DNA of 64,000 nucleotides from Oopsacas minuta. Lineage: Eukaryota; Animalia; Porifera. Made by a program: the position numbers and the translations under genes. The DNA is taken from contig JAKMXF010000022.1 of NCBI GenBank assembly GCA_024704765.1, positions 449,055 through 513,054 of the forward strand, read 5' to 3'. Every line of letters starts with the position of its first letter. Position 1 is the stretch's first letter. The notes beneath the pieces are model-generated. The model was not told the DNA's origin. It saw only the letters and a program-made list of their open reading frames with translations, and did no database searches. Shown here piece by piece: positions 46,774 through 59,577 of this stretch.

Positions 46774-49700
46774 CTAATCAGAATCGATAAAAGAATATTC
46801 TGTATTTCCTACTTCTTTTAGTTTATTATTCAAATCTCTTCGTAAAACGTTCAAATTTTGAGTGAATTTGTCTTTATTCTTAACATTGACTGATTGCTCA
46901 ATGTTTTCCATCAGCTGTTCGAAGCATTTATCCATTCTAGTACGCAGTTCTGTTGGCTGTAATTCGATTACACGTTTCTGGTATCTCTGGAAATATTCAG
47001 GATCTATGAGAATTAGTGATAGAAGGGGGCGTGACATGGACCACTGGTTCCTACATTCTTCAAACATAACAGTGTTTAGAATCGAGGATAAAATCTCTTG
47101 GAGAAGTCCTTTACACTGCTGGATATTACGTACAAGATGAGCACCTGTCGTAGAAGGAACTTTCTTATTGGCTTGTTTAAATGTGTGGCTTAGAATATTA
47201 TCAAGAGATTGACAACAGCCGGTACACATGAGTGTATCACTCGACTTGATTCCACCAGCTAGAGAACTGAGTATATAGAATATAACTTGATTGTCAAGGG
47301 GACTAATGAACTCTATATGATCTGAACATAGTACTTCCAATGTATTGAAATAAGCAACAGTTAATTTAGGATATTGCAAGAGCTGATCTAGTGAAATACT
47401 GATAATCATTTTGATGAATGTTTGTAAGGCATTCTCAAGTGATGGATCATTATACAATTGGAAAACACCAAAATTGCAATTACCACCATTCAATCCAACT
47501 TTGAGAACATTGAAGCAAGATGTAAAGCCCTTGAGCTTGTATTCGTATATCTTGTCAGGTGGAAAATCATTGAAGTTCAATATTTGAGAACCGTAACAGA
47601 AGATTGCTCTGCTCAGCTCTTTAAATAATAGAAAACCATTTGGTGACGTAATCTCAGGAGTAAGACGTTGACATCGACTAGTTCCTATCTCTATCAACAG
47701 CTTAAGGATTGGGATAGATACCTCAGGCTCTCGGTACCATCTGTTAAGACAGTCAATTAAGATACTAATAAAGTCTGGAAAGAACCAGGTGAAGAATAGC
47801 TGGTAACACATGCGAGTAGAAATTACATAAACTATTCCTCTCAAATCGTAACAGAGCCCGGATATCAAGTTCTTAATTTCAGTTTCGTCTTGTTGAGCAG
47901 CAACGGACGGGAGAGCATGTAGAAGAGTGGATAACCTTTTGAAGTTGACAGTTAGTGGAGCAATATACATGTCAAACACATCACTCTCTTCCTCTTTCAA
48001 TTCTCCTAATACTAATCTGCTAATGGATTTGTAGAAAGAGAGACGGAGTTTGAGATGAATCTTACAACCATTATTATAACTCAAGAAAGGAAACTCTACA
48101 CCAGTATGATGGTTAATCAGTAACTGAGAAGATTCTAGCTTTATAAGTCTCTTAGGCGTTACACTGCCAGTTGAGAGTTCATTGAATAATGAGAGAGTAC
48201 GTTGTAATATGACGTCATTATCTTTGAATATCTTTAGATTTGAGATGATTCTTTGCAGGTAGAATTCTAGTAGAAAAGATTCCTCTGTTATGCCAAGCTG
48301 TCTAGATAGAACATCATAAACTTGTGTAGTATTCTTCTGCATGTGTTCGTTTACATAAGTCTTACGTAGCTGATCAAGGAACACCAGAAGAGCTTCATCA
48401 AGTCTGATGCACGTTACTTGTGATCTGTGTTGATCCATGAACCCGCTTAACTGCAGCACACGACTAGTCATCTCTCCGTCTAACATATCGTGTTCATCAT
48501 TAGCTGAATAAGATACACGCCCTCCTAGCATGTACCCAGCTATAAACACGAGCCAAGCTAGCTGCATTTCTACTACGTTAGAAGATGATACACCTTCTGC
48601 TGTGGGGGTGCTGGGCGAAGCTAGTGCGGTCTGGTAGCTCAGTGCACAGTGATCGAAGTAATTCAAGATGCAACGGGAAGTATGGTCGTAATCACATCTG
48701 GCTATAGTCGCGATCTGTTCCAGCTGGTGCATTATAGTCCCAGAATCCTGGAAAGTTTCCTCACACAATTCAAGATGAGTAGCACACATTTGCAGTCTGT
48801 TCATGATGTATGCTTCCATTATTAGAGGGGTGTGTGCCTTGATCACCTGTGTATCTTGAGTACGGACGTAAGCCATAGAGGAAACCTGTCTTGCCCAGAA
48901 ACTAAGTACGTAATATACAGACTGTGGAGAGAACTCAGCAAGAGCTGTGAAAATCTTAATTGTAAACTCACTCAGCTGATTGAGTAACTGCTCAAAATGA
49001 GGTTGTTGTTTGACCAGCTCAGACATTTGGTAGTTTGCTTTCAGACGTAAAATCAATCGACAGAATTGATGGAAACAATTTGGATTTGCCAAATGCATTT
49101 CCGTAGTAAGAATAGCTGACACCCCTAACATGAATTCCTTCAAACACTCCTGTCTTTCTTGTGAATCCAACAGACCTCTCCTAACAGCTGCTATTGAGTT
49201 CAGACATGACATAGCCAGATGTGCTATCTCTTCAGGAAGACTTGAATACAACTTGAAGAGAATGGTGTGTGTGGTTTGAGGAAGAAAGAAAGCACGCCAG
49301 GAATGAGGAGCTTGTAAGCTTGTCATTTCATCTCCTTGTTCATCAGAAGCGAGACCAGAGAAATCGTATTGCAGACACTGATTTATCAGCTGTAAGCACT
49401 GCCCTACGTTAATATAGACAGGATTAGTTTTTGTAAGATTCTGTGTCTGATTCGTATTGAATTTATCTTTCAAAAACTCAACTGCTGATGTGAAAATATT
49501 AAAGAGAGCTTCATCTCTAAAACTAACTAATAATTTCCTGTGTCTAGCCAAAGACCTGAGACTGCCTGATTGACAGAAGTAAGTCACTGCATCAGTCAAT
49601 ATAATTAGCCCTACGAAATTTATATCAGCAGTTTGTGAGTCAGTAAGAGAAGTGGGTATAAGTGCAATTGCTTCATTTACAATTTCTCTGAAAGGGTACT

Positions 49701-50091
49701 CGCCGTCAACAGAGTCTGACCATCCGAATTTGCAGAGTTTTGCGAGAACACCCGAAACCTGTAGAACTGCGTAATGTGGCATACGAGCTGCAATCCCACT
49801 AACGAGATAGCGGAACAGATCATTCTTGAGTTGGATACGTTCAGCAATCGCTAGAGGTTGTCTCTGAGAGGAAACTTGCTTCTCTAACATACCAGCAGCT
49901 ATAACTATACAAGATGGAGATGTAGATCTCTCTAGAAGCATTTTTGCTACAGCGAAGGCACTAGGAGAATCGGTGAGTGCATGGAGAGCATCTTGTGCTC
50001 TCTGTCGTGTGTCAGCATCTACAGACTCGTACATCTCAGTGCAGAATTGCTCCACTTGTTTCAGATCAGAAGGACTTATTGGGCCAGACAT
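46774..50091 (-). CDS. XPO7: Exportin-7 / RanBP16-17 family karyopherin, intronless, 1105 aa
   Basis: N-terminal importin-beta-like helices; RKLLVSFRD, CFHQFCRLILRLKANYQMSELV, QWSMSRPLL and DKFTQNL motifs. Confidence 0.93.
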   Translation of the reverse strand: MSGPISPSDLKQVEQFCTEMYESVDADTRQRAQDALHALTDSPSAFAVAKMLLERSTSPSCIVIAAGMLEKQVSSQRQPLAIAERIQLKNDLFRYLVSGIAARMPHYAVLQVSGVLAKLCKFGWSDSVDGEYPFREIVNEAIALIPTSLTDSQTADINFVGLIILTDAVTYFCQSGSLRSLARHRKLLVSFRDEALFNIFTSAVEFLKDKFNTNQTQNLTKTNPVYINVGQCLQLINQCLQYDFSGLASDEQGDEMTSLQAPHSWRAFFLPQTTHTILFKLYSSLPEEIAHLAMSCLNSIAAVRRGLLDSQERQECLKEFMLGVSAILTTEMHLANPNCFHQFCRLILRLKANYQMSELVKQQPHFEQLLNQLSEFTIKIFTALAEFSPQSVYYVLSFWARQVSSMAYVRTQDTQVIKAHTPLIMEAYIMNRLQMCATHLELCEETFQDSGTIMHQLEQIATIARCDYDHTSRCILNYFDHCALSYQTALASPSTPTAEGVSSSNVVEMQLAWLVFIAGYMLGGRVSYSANDEHDMLDGEMTSRVLQLSGFMDQHRSQVTCIRLDEALLVFLDQLRKTYVNEHMQKNTTQVYDVLSRQLGITEESFLLEFYLQRIISNLKIFKDNDVILQRTLSLFNELSTGSVTPKRLIKLESSQLLINHHTGVEFPFLSYNNGCKIHLKLRLSFYKSISRLVLGELKEEESDVFDMYIAPLTVNFKRLSTLLHALPSVAAQQDETEIKNLISGLCYDLRGIVYVISTRMCYQLFFTWFFPDFISILIDCLNRWYREPEVSIPILKLLIEIGTSRCQRLTPEITSPNGFLLFKELSRAIFCYGSQILNFNDFPPDKIYEYKLKGFTSCFNVLKVGLNGGNCNFGVFQLYNDPSLENALQTFIKMIISISLDQLLQYPKLTVAYFNTLEVLCSDHIEFISPLDNQVIFYILSSLAGGIKSSDTLMCTGCCQSLDNILSHTFKQANKKVPSTTGAHLVRNIQQCKGLLQEILSSILNTVMFEECRNQWSMSRPLLSLILIDPEYFQRYQKRVIELQPTELRTRMDKCFEQLMENIEQSVNVKNKDKFTQNLNVLRRDLNNKLKEVGNTEYSFIDSD

Positions 50092-50403
50092 ATTAACCTG
50101 ATTTATTAAATAATAATATACGAACTACCTATACAGTTATCATTGGCTTATATTAAATCCTATCCAACATCTACCGATATCGCTAGATTTCTCCATGAAA
50201 AATCGGTGATAGCGATGATTGCTGGATACGTATTTTCTTTATAATATTTATCAGCAGATTCAGATTGCATGTTTTAACTTCTAAGCTTTTATGAGATTTA
50301 AAATATCTATAAACCATAGCTTATGAATAAACATACTTTATTTCATCTTTTAATGGAAATTAATTCATTAAAATTAATAAAAAATTATTAAACGTAAAAA
50401 TAT

Positions 50404-51654
50404 TTATTTCATTTTCGAGAGCTGAGCAATTTTCTTGTTCTTCTTTAATAGGATTTCTAAGAAAAGATCGTACAGTTGATCAGAGCGGTCTTGTGTTTTG
50501 TCTAACCTTAATATCTCCAGTGTATTATTTGCATTGAGTGCTTGTAACATTACCCACATAGCGTTTTCATTAACTGGACAGCCTAGCAAACTTAACAATT
50601 TTAGAGATTTATTGTGTGTGAGAGTTTCAGCAATTTCATGTAAGGCACCAAGCATAATTTGATTGTAATCCAAATAGAGTTTATTTAGTCTTGAATTTGA
50701 TTTGAGAGCTAATGTGATTCGAGCAACAGCATCTTCAGATAAGTTACAATATGAAACATCCAATGCTTGCAATACAGAATTATTTTCAAGTCCTCTACTC
50801 AACATTCGGGCCCCCTCTTCTGATAGCCCGCTATTCCCAGCCAAGTTCAACACTCGTAAAGTAGAATTCTCAGTTAATAATTTGCCCAAGTATGACAAAG
50901 AGGTAGGATGGATCTGACAAGATTTCACACTCAATTGTTTCAAAGTATTATTGTTAATGAATGAATGGAATAGAGCTGACATGCCTAAATGATCTGTTTG
51001 CACATTTGAATCTAGAATCAAGATTGATAAATTGGAAATATTAGTCAAATGATCGCCAAGCAGAATTAAGGATTTTGATCCAATTCTATTTCTTGACAGA
51101 TTGACATATGACAAGTGACATGACTTAGAAAAGCCTCGTACAATCTCTTTAAAGTGTTCATCATCTATATCACACTGTAACAAACTCAATACTTTCACAC
51201 TATTGTAAGCTAAAGAATTAGTTATATGAACAGCTCCTTCACCTCCAATGATATAGTCTATCAAATCGCATTGGATACATTCAATACCAAATTCTACGAG
51301 ATTCTTGTTAGATCTCAGAGCTTTTCCTAAATGTTCAGCTCCTATTTTGCTAACTGCGTTAAATCGAAGAAACAAAGAAGTGACTTTGATAGAGTTTGCG
51401 ATGAAATTTGAGAAATTCTCAATTCCCCTGTCAGTAATTCTACGTATAGTTAAGTCTAGTGTAGTTAAACGCTGCAGCCGTATCAAGCTGTGAGTTAGTG
51501 CATCAACTCCTTCATCTCCTATCAAACATTCTACGTGGAGAATAACTGTATTTTGAGTGAGAAGAGACAAATCATTCTTTCCATTTATCATCCTGGATTG
51601 CATGGAACATTCGGGTAATGATTTCGTAGGATGAATGCTCTGCTTACCTGCCAT
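50404..51654 (-). CDS. Ribonuclease-inhibitor-type LRR protein (NLRC3/TCTE1-like LRRs, no NACHT domain)
   Basis: ~28-aa repeats LxxLxLxxN/Cx(I/L)xxxG, e.g. LRVLNLAGNSGLSEEGA and LQALDVSYCNLSEDA. Possible in-frame intron 51647-51546 after ATGGCAG. Confidence 0.8.
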   Translation of the reverse strand: MAGKQSIHPTKSLPECSMQSRMINGKNDLSLLTQNTVILHVECLIGDEGVDALTHSLIRLQRLTTLDLTIRRITDRGIENFSNFIANSIKVTSLFLRFNAVSKIGAEHLGKALRSNKNLVEFGIECIQCDLIDYIIGGEGAVHITNSLAYNSVKVLSLLQCDIDDEHFKEIVRGFSKSCHLSYVNLSRNRIGSKSLILLGDHLTNISNLSILILDSNVQTDHLGMSALFHSFINNNTLKQLSVKSCQIHPTSLSYLGKLLTENSTLRVLNLAGNSGLSEEGARMLSRGLENNSVLQALDVSYCNLSEDAVARITLALKSNSRLNKLYLDYNQIMLGALHEIAETLTHNKSLKLLSLLGCPVNENAMWVMLQALNANNTLEILRLDKTQDRSDQLYDLFLEILLKKNKKIAQLSKMK

Positions 51655-52126
51655 CCGTATTTAGGTAAACTGTAGCAATGCAATATAGCAAAATAAAGAT
51701 ATCTTAGATGTATTCACCATTATTATTTGTGAATAGAACAAATACAATCTCGAAATACAGTGAACCCCGTTATTACAAAATCGGATATAGCTTGAAAAGT
51801 AATTGATTGTATTCAGCTTACAAGGAAATAAAACAGGGGCAGTTTAGGGCTACTCTGAAACTCCGCTTAATTGAGACACCTTACCACGAATGACCCATTA
51901 ATTACCTATGTCACTTACACTTAGAGGTTGTACTTTACGTATTAACATGAGTCGTACCTTGTTATGGCATCGATTCAATTATGTTCCCTCATTAAATTAC
52001 TAAGCATATTAGAGTAAAATTTATTAGTTAATAATCGTTGTTACACTAAAGTAATTGTGCTCACCAATATGCACTTAACACAAGTACTAAATTCTATATC
52101 CTGCTAATCCACTCAAAAATGATAGT

Positions 52127-55100
52127 TCAGGTTTTTCTCTTTCTGTTAGAGATGCTCGGCTGAGACTTAGAGACAGAGTGAAATAGCTTAGTCTTGTTAC
52201 TCCGTAATACACGAGATGGTGAAAATGTTTGTTTAGAATTATTCTTACAGCTAGCACCATCAGAACTTCCGAGATCAATTTCAAACGCAAGAGCTTTCCT
52301 CTTTGCAGGATTTTTTTGCGATATTATGTAAGGTACTTGGGATAGCTTTGGGGCCTGGTACTTAGGCTCCACATTAGGGCTCTCTGATTGCAAATAACGC
52401 TCTGACAGAGAATTCATTTGGAACTCGATAGGGTACGAGGATTTGAGATGAGGCAGGTTCTGTGCATTTCTACATTTTAATTCTTGTGTACGGTTGACTG
52501 AGTCTTTATTCGATTCACAAGCTTCTCCTACAGACTGTATTGATGAAGATGATTCCTGAGACTCTATCGAAGCAGAATTCATAGGCGCATGATACCTTGA
52601 ATGACTAGGTATCTTTGATGATATACTGTCTACAGACTTCCCCCATTTAGATCTTTGTGAAGTAGTAGGAGCGTAGTATTCTGGTTCAATAGGAGCTTGT
52701 ATATCTGTTATAGAAGTGGATTGTTGAATTGGACGGTTAATTATGTCTGTATTAGTTCTATTGCTATGATGTTGGTTTCTTTTAGGCTCAGTGCTAGACT
52801 TCTTTGATTCTGTCAACTGAGTATTAGCAAACTGTAGCTGTACATTGAGTGATCTGACCTGTGAATGAAGAGTGTTACGTTCACTTTCTATGTCATCCAG
52901 TCTCTCTTCTAGAATTATAACTGTGTTAGTTTTCTCATCCAATTCTTCTCTAACTCTGCAGCTGTTATCCACCTGCATAAATTCATATTCTTTAACCATA
53001 GAAGATAACTTCTGTTTCTCTTGCTCTAGTTTTTGGTTACAGCGAGCTAAATCCATTGCATCACCTCGTAATGAAGTAATCGTAGATTGCATATCAACAA
53101 CTCGCGCTTTTGATTGCATTAAAACCTGTTCAAGTCTTGATTCAAGGTCTTTTTTGCGTTTCTCGTAATCTAAACATTCTTGTGACAACTCTTCAGCTTT
53201 CCTCTCAAATCGCTTGTTTGATATCTCTAATTGGCCTTGTGCTGAAGCGAACTCTAATTTGATTTCATGTATTTCTTTCTGTAACTCGCTATTTCGATTT
53301 GTAATAGTTTGCAGAGCTTCCTTGAGTTCTTGTTCTCGCTTGTTTGTTGTCACATTCAGAGAAGAGATTGTTTCTTCTTTCGAAATTCGTTCAGACACAG
53401 CTGCAGACAGTTTAAGCTCCAAAGACTTGCTCTCGCTCTGCAAATCACAATTCTTCTCTTGTAAAGATGCTAATTTAGAGTTGAGTCGAGTTACCTCCTC
53501 AGTTCTTTGAGAAATAACTGAATTGAGTTCAGTTGATGCTCTCATCTCTCTCTCTTGAAGCAAGTTGGTATTAGCTCGTAACTCAACCAGTTCTTTATCC
53601 ATACTGTCATTATCCACCAGTAGTTTCTCTTTGAGACAGAATAGCTCATTATAAGTTCCCTGAATAGAGAGTACAGTAGTGTCTAGTTCTGTGACCCGAC
53701 GTCTCAACATTTCCATCTCACGTCCTGTCTGGTCTAGTTGTAGCTCTAAGCGTTGGTTCTCTGTTGATAAGGTTGTATGAGTAGATATTTCAGAATGTAG
53801 CTCAAGTTTTAGAGAGGAGATTTCTTTCTTAAGAGACGCAACTATGTCTTTGGATTCTTCTAATTGAATTCTGTATTTGTCTAACTCGTTAACTTTACCT
53901 TCAAGTCTTAAAGAATCTGCTTTCATATCAGAATATCGCTTACAAAGATCTTCTCTGTTATCTCGCATCTTCTCAAACTCTGACGTCATCATCTTTAACT
54001 CAATTTCTAATTGATCTCTCTCACTGGCTTTAGGAAGAACCTTTCTCAATTCAAATACCTCTTCTTCAAGTAATTTGATTTTGAAGAGTAGTGCAATTTC
54101 GTCATTACGTTCTGAAATTTTCTCTCTCTCTTCTTTCTCAACTTCTTCCACCTTTGATTTCTTTAGAGCAGAGATATCTCCCTCAAGCTGAACTAATCTC
54201 TCTCTGACTAATTCCAATTCTTCCTGTAAAACCTGTTTTTCTTGTCCAAGTAATTGTATAGAAGCTTGGTATTCCATGTTAGTTCTTTCTAGAATAGTTT
54301 TCTCTGATTCAAGCTGGAAGATTTTATCTTTCTCAGAAGTTAATTCGAGTTGTAACTTTTCAACATTCATTATTAATGTTTGGTTTCCCTTAGCAGTGCT
54401 AGCTAGCTCATCGGCCATGTCTTGGAGAATCTCGCATTTATCTTTGTAACCAATGAGGGCGGTAACATCCTTCTTGAGTGATTGATTTTCCTTTCTAAAG
54501 ATTGAACCTGATCGCATAATGAAACTCTCTCATTGAGTAGGTCATCACATTGATCATATTTCTCACTCATTTCTTTACAAGTTAATTCAGACTCAGTTAA
54601 CTGTTCGATTTTTTCAATCAATTCGGTCTCTTTCTCTTGACAGAAATTTCTGAGTATGTGTAACTCTTCTTGTTGCTGATTGATTTTGTGTTGTAACTGA
54701 TGCAGTTGATTGATTTTAGCGGGTGTTGGACGAGTGAAGTCAGGACGCTTTAGAGAGTGTTTTATCTCCGGTCGGTTTATCCATTTCAAGGCTGCTGGAG
54801 AGTCAAATCCATAATATCTGCTCGTTACACCGAATAAACTTTCCTGTTTCTGATAATCTTCGTTTGCAGGGGATTCGTATAGAGGGGAAACTTTTTGTAA
54901 GACAGGAGTTTCCAGTGTGAGTAGGTTAGGAGATGCTTGAAGTGGTGGGGTTACCGTGTTTGTGATATCAGGTGATTCTGTTATCATAAATTTATCTATT
55001 TCTTCAACCTTTTGGTCTGTTTCAGGTGTCTCTTCAGTCTCTAGGTCTAGATTTGTGACTAAGTCATGAATAGCTTCTATCTGTTTTCTGCCAAGTGTTT

Positions 55101-55569
55101 GGAACATGTCTTCAATTAAATTTCCAAGACAAACCTGGACCTCAATATCTAAATTCAGGATTCCCTGAATTATAAGTTCATTCGGTTTCTGCTGTACAGC
55201 GTATGCCAAGAAAATGAGTAACAATTTGATTAATTCATGCTCATTCCCAGATATCAGGTCTGGGAGAGAAATAGCTTGTTCTAGTGGGATTTGGAAAAAT
55301 TCAGAAAACATAGCAAGTATTTTGCTGAAAGTATACTCATGAGATTTCACATTTTGAATATCTGAATCTTCCTGAAATAGAGTACAAGGTAGAGCAGTCT
55401 TATCAGGCGTAGCAAATATTATGCAATCAATTAGTAGTGTGGAATCTGAGAGATCAGTGATAGAAGAGAGCTCAGATTTTATGCTTTCAAAGGAATTGAT
55501 CCAACTCAAAATGCTTCTGTACCATTTCAGGGATTGGAGAGGATTGGGGTCTGCAATAGAATCTGACAT
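52127..55569 (-). CDS. NUMA1: NuMA-like protein (Hook-type CH domain, coiled coil, NuMA C-terminal motif), split by a 1-nt frameshift near 54493
   Basis: ILSWINSF and GNEHELIKLLLIFL resemble the NuMA/Hook CH domain. C-terminal RTQELKCRNAQNLPHLKSSYPIE resembles NuMA RIAELQQRN..PPHLKTCYPLE (recalled). Basic NLS-like end RKRKT. Two overlapping ORFs, 54403-55569 and 52127-54517. Confidence 0.75.
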
Positions 55570-56130
55570 TACACAATTACTACAAAATCAATGAATTAGA
55601 AATTGTAAGGGAGGTCGAAATTTTAAAGTTAACACTTCAAAGAATTTGTGAATTGTGGTACAATAATATAGTTTCATTCAAAAAATTATTGGATAAGGAA
55701 TTAGCAATATTACATCTAAACTCAGTGGGTCACATGATCACAGTTCTCAAAGCAACCCAAACTACTACCGCTAGGATAGAACTCTGGACAAATCCAAGAA
55801 AAATCCGGATAATTTACGGATATGATACATAGGTGGGTACAGTGGGAGGGCAAATGGTTAGGCTAGTCAGGTGTAAGCCATGGCTCAGCCTGACGCTAAT
55901 TAAAACTTTCTGCCGTCGGGATCACCGCGCAGCAGCCCGCATGACAGTATGTATAGAACTGAAAAGAAATATACTTCATTCAACTTAGGAAATAACCAAT
56001 TTTACGTAAATTAGTTGATATAATAGAATTCAAGTTTAAATAATACTAAGAAATATAAAAATAAATAGTGATTGTTTGTTTCGTGCAAATACTCGTAACT
56101 AAAATAAGAAAAGGTCAGAATAGAGTTCGT

Positions 56131-59100
56131 CTAATCAAGAGCATCTAATTCTTGCTTGGTAGCTAACTTAGTAGCTAGTAGCAGTAGTATTTGCTCCATT
56201 TTTTGGGTACGCTCCTGGAGATCATCACATTGGTCCTTGACACCATTCAGTTGTTCCTTTATCTGATAGGTCTCCTCAGCTAATTCGTCCAGCTGTGATG
56301 GTTCTTGAATCAGAGCAGAGCGAATCTTCTCACAAGTCAATTTATTCTCGAATAGGAATGGAAAAACCTTAAATTTTATGAGATCCACATAATCAAGATT
56401 GTTCGGTTTCAAATACTGTGTAGTTATCATGAATAGTTTCCTAATGCCGTAAGGTAATTTAGCCTCCGTGTTTAACACCAATACTACCTGCATTTCAAAT
56501 CGTTTCAGTTCTGCGTTTTCTTGCACCCCCTTGATATCATCTACCGCCAAACCAACAAGTAGATTCATTAACAGGATCGGCATCATAACGATGAATATTA
56601 CCCACATTATGATAGCAGAAACGTAATAGAATAGAGGTTGACTGGGATCCTCGAATATACTGTCATACTCAAACTCACCAGTCGTCATTGTTAACGTTTT
56701 AAGCAGTGCCTTGAGTGGATTACTAAACGCATAGCAACCTCTGTTTTCCTGAAGCAAGGACATGTAAAATGCCATTCCGAAAGCTACGAGAAAGAACAAG
56801 GCCATCACTACGATCTTCAGGAAAGTGAATAGAATATCTACATACATGAGAATGTAGATTCCGATCAGAGGAAATCTCTTCATTGAAACGAAGAAATTTA
56901 TCCAAGTCAGGAATACAGCAAATATCCCACACTGCCATGGCCAGTCATAAGGTAGTGATGCGCAATAGAAAGCGTATATCGGATCTACCATGAAGAGGAG
57001 GATCAAAATATGACCAGCCATTTCAAGAACATTCTCAAAGGAAGTTATATAAGAAATCGGGTTGAGTATAAATTGGATTACTTCTATAATAATTCGCATA
57101 ATAGCTAGAATTGATATTATCGTGACGATAGCAATCGTTTGACCAGCATGGATGGTAATTCCAGTGAACCAGCTACCAGTAAATCCATACATATTGCAAG
57201 TAGTACTGTCATTAGACACGCTACACGGAAATGGAGAAATGAACCTTCTATCCCTGGGATTAGGATAGAACCATACAAACATAGTAAGACCTATCACCAA
57301 CAGAAGATACAGGAATAAATTAGGATAGTATAGGAAGCGGCCTACTCTATTCCATTTAGAGTTTAGTATGCTAGTCACGATAGGATGGTTAATCAGCTTC
57401 GTATGTCCAGATTGGGCGACAAGATAAAGAGGGTGATTGTCAATGTTTAGGAGAGAAGGACGGAAGTTAAGATGCCATGGCATTTCTACGTCTTTCACTA
57501 CCTCAATGTGTCGCTTAGTCTCTCCTCCGTGTTCCTGTCTGTGTATAACATTCTTTTGATAAGCCTCCATATCATCTAGGAATCTGAGATCGAATTTAAC
57601 TTCATACTGAGAATCTCTGTAGTCAACATTCTCTCTAGTACTGTTATCGGTGGTCCATCTGTTGAATAAGGTTAGAGTTAAATCAGGCATCTTCTTGATC
57701 ATCTTACGGAGTGGAGAATTACCATCTTCTCCGTAATTCATGAGACAGGATTCAAACTTAGGATGATTTAAGAACAATTCCACACAATCCTTTTCATCTG
57801 CTTCTATTGCCATATCCAGCGGAGTCTCCCCTTTATGATTAGTAACAGTGATGCTAGCATCGTTTTCCAATAAAATCTTAACACATTCATATCTGCCTTT
57901 CTCACAAGCTAGATGTAGAGGAGCTGCTCCGTGCGTTTTCGTGTCTAAACAGTCAATAGAAGCATCTTCTTCAACTAACAACCTCACAATAACATCGTGT
58001 CCGTTATTAGCAGCTAGATGAAGTGGAGTTAATTTGAGTCCATTTATAGCTGAGACATTAGCTCCGTTGCTAAGCAAAAGTTGTGCGGAATGCAAGTGTC
58101 CTCCCTCAGCAGCTAGATGTAACGGTTGGTTAGAATTCTCATCTTCATCAGCTACCAGATCAGAAATTAATCCGGGTCTTGACTTAGCAATAACTTCTAT
58201 TACTTTAGCTTTTCCTGATTTAGCTGCTTCATGTAATGGAGTTGCTTCGTCTTCATTTCGTTCTACTACATGTGCTCCATTTTTCAACAATATCTATCAC
58301 AATAAATAATACAGATAAAATTCAATAATGAAGGATATACGTATTTTGGTGTAACATATACAAACGGGATGCCAAGAGGCCAAAAATATCCCAATTTCTG
58401 CCAAATTCCCCGTTTGTGGAAGTTCATTTGTATGGGACTAGGAATTCGCTCTATTTATTTTCACTCCCTTTACCAGAAGTTCCCCGTTTGTGGAGTTTCA
58501 CTTTAGTATGTTATTTACCTGTACAATCTTGTGGAAGCCTTTCTCTGCAGCTACGTGTAAAACTGTATTGTCTCTATTTCCGTGTTCATTGATACTCTTC
58601 TGTATCCTTTTATCCTGTAGCAGAGCCTCGAGTAGCTCCAGATGTCCTTCTTCCACTGAATAGAACAGAGCAGATTTACCGTTACGGTCTAACAAGAGAG
58701 GATTACAAATCCTGTCTTTCAGTAGCCTAACACATACCTTAGTATACCCCCAGATAGCTCCTATAATGAATGGAGTGTTACTAGCATTGTTGGTACGATT
58801 AACAGAGGCCCCTCGTTTGATGAGGAATGATATCATATCAACTCTGTTATTTCTAGCTGCGTAATGCAACGGAGTAGCACTCTCATTGTCTATACAGTTG
58901 ACCTTAACATTTACATTCTCTAGTAGCATAGTAGCTATTTCTATGTGTCCCAGCTGTGCAGCTAAGTGGAGAGGAGAGGCTCCACTCGTGTTCCTCTCCA
59001 TGCCAGTAAATTTCTGAGTTATACACATCCTAACTGCTTCCTGAGATCCAGACATTACAGCACAATGCAACACACTGTTATCATCAACATCTCGTTTGCT

Positions 59101-59577
59101 TAATATGTTCAATCCTTCTTTACGGAAGTTTATATGTAGGAATAATTGCCCGAGAACATTTACATGACCTTCTGTAGCGCACAGATGGAAGGCAGTTTCA
59201 TCCTCAAAGTCACTGGCAAATACATTTCCTGGTATCTTAAGAATAAGTTCTATTATCTCCTTAAACCCGTAATAAGCTGCAATGTGTAGACAGTTCTGAC
59301 TCTGCTCGTCTTCTTTCCATGGGTCAGCTCCAAACTCTAACAGAGTCCTAACTCCCTCCACATTTCCTCTCAAGCAAGCGTAGTGCATTGGTGTCATGCC
59401 ATACTTATCTTTTTTGTCCTTCATCGCGTCATTAATAAGCAGGAGCCTTAGACAAGAGAGGACACTACTTTCTCCTCCAGCTTCACCTTGCTCGTAGTCT
59501 TCATCCGGTTTTATCACGTTCTTAGCAGCAAAATGTAGAGGTGTCTGATCCTCATCCGTCTGAGGGTCCAAATTCAG
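56131..59577 (-). CDS. TRPA1: TRPA-family ankyrin-repeat cation channel, 5' end unresolved
   Basis: Exons 59577-58519 and 58293-56131 (intron 58518-58294, phase 0). Multiple TPLHxAA ankyrin repeats, six TM segments, pore TLTMTTGEFEY, S6/TRP-like PILLMNLLVGLAVDDIKGVQENAELKRFEMQV, C-terminal coiled coil. Confidence 0.9.

Noticed and set aside
54495-54520. Intron or programmed -1 frameshift linking the two NuMA ORFs
   Set aside because: The GT-AG pair is only 13 nt and yields the wrong frame; no XXXYYYZ heptamer.
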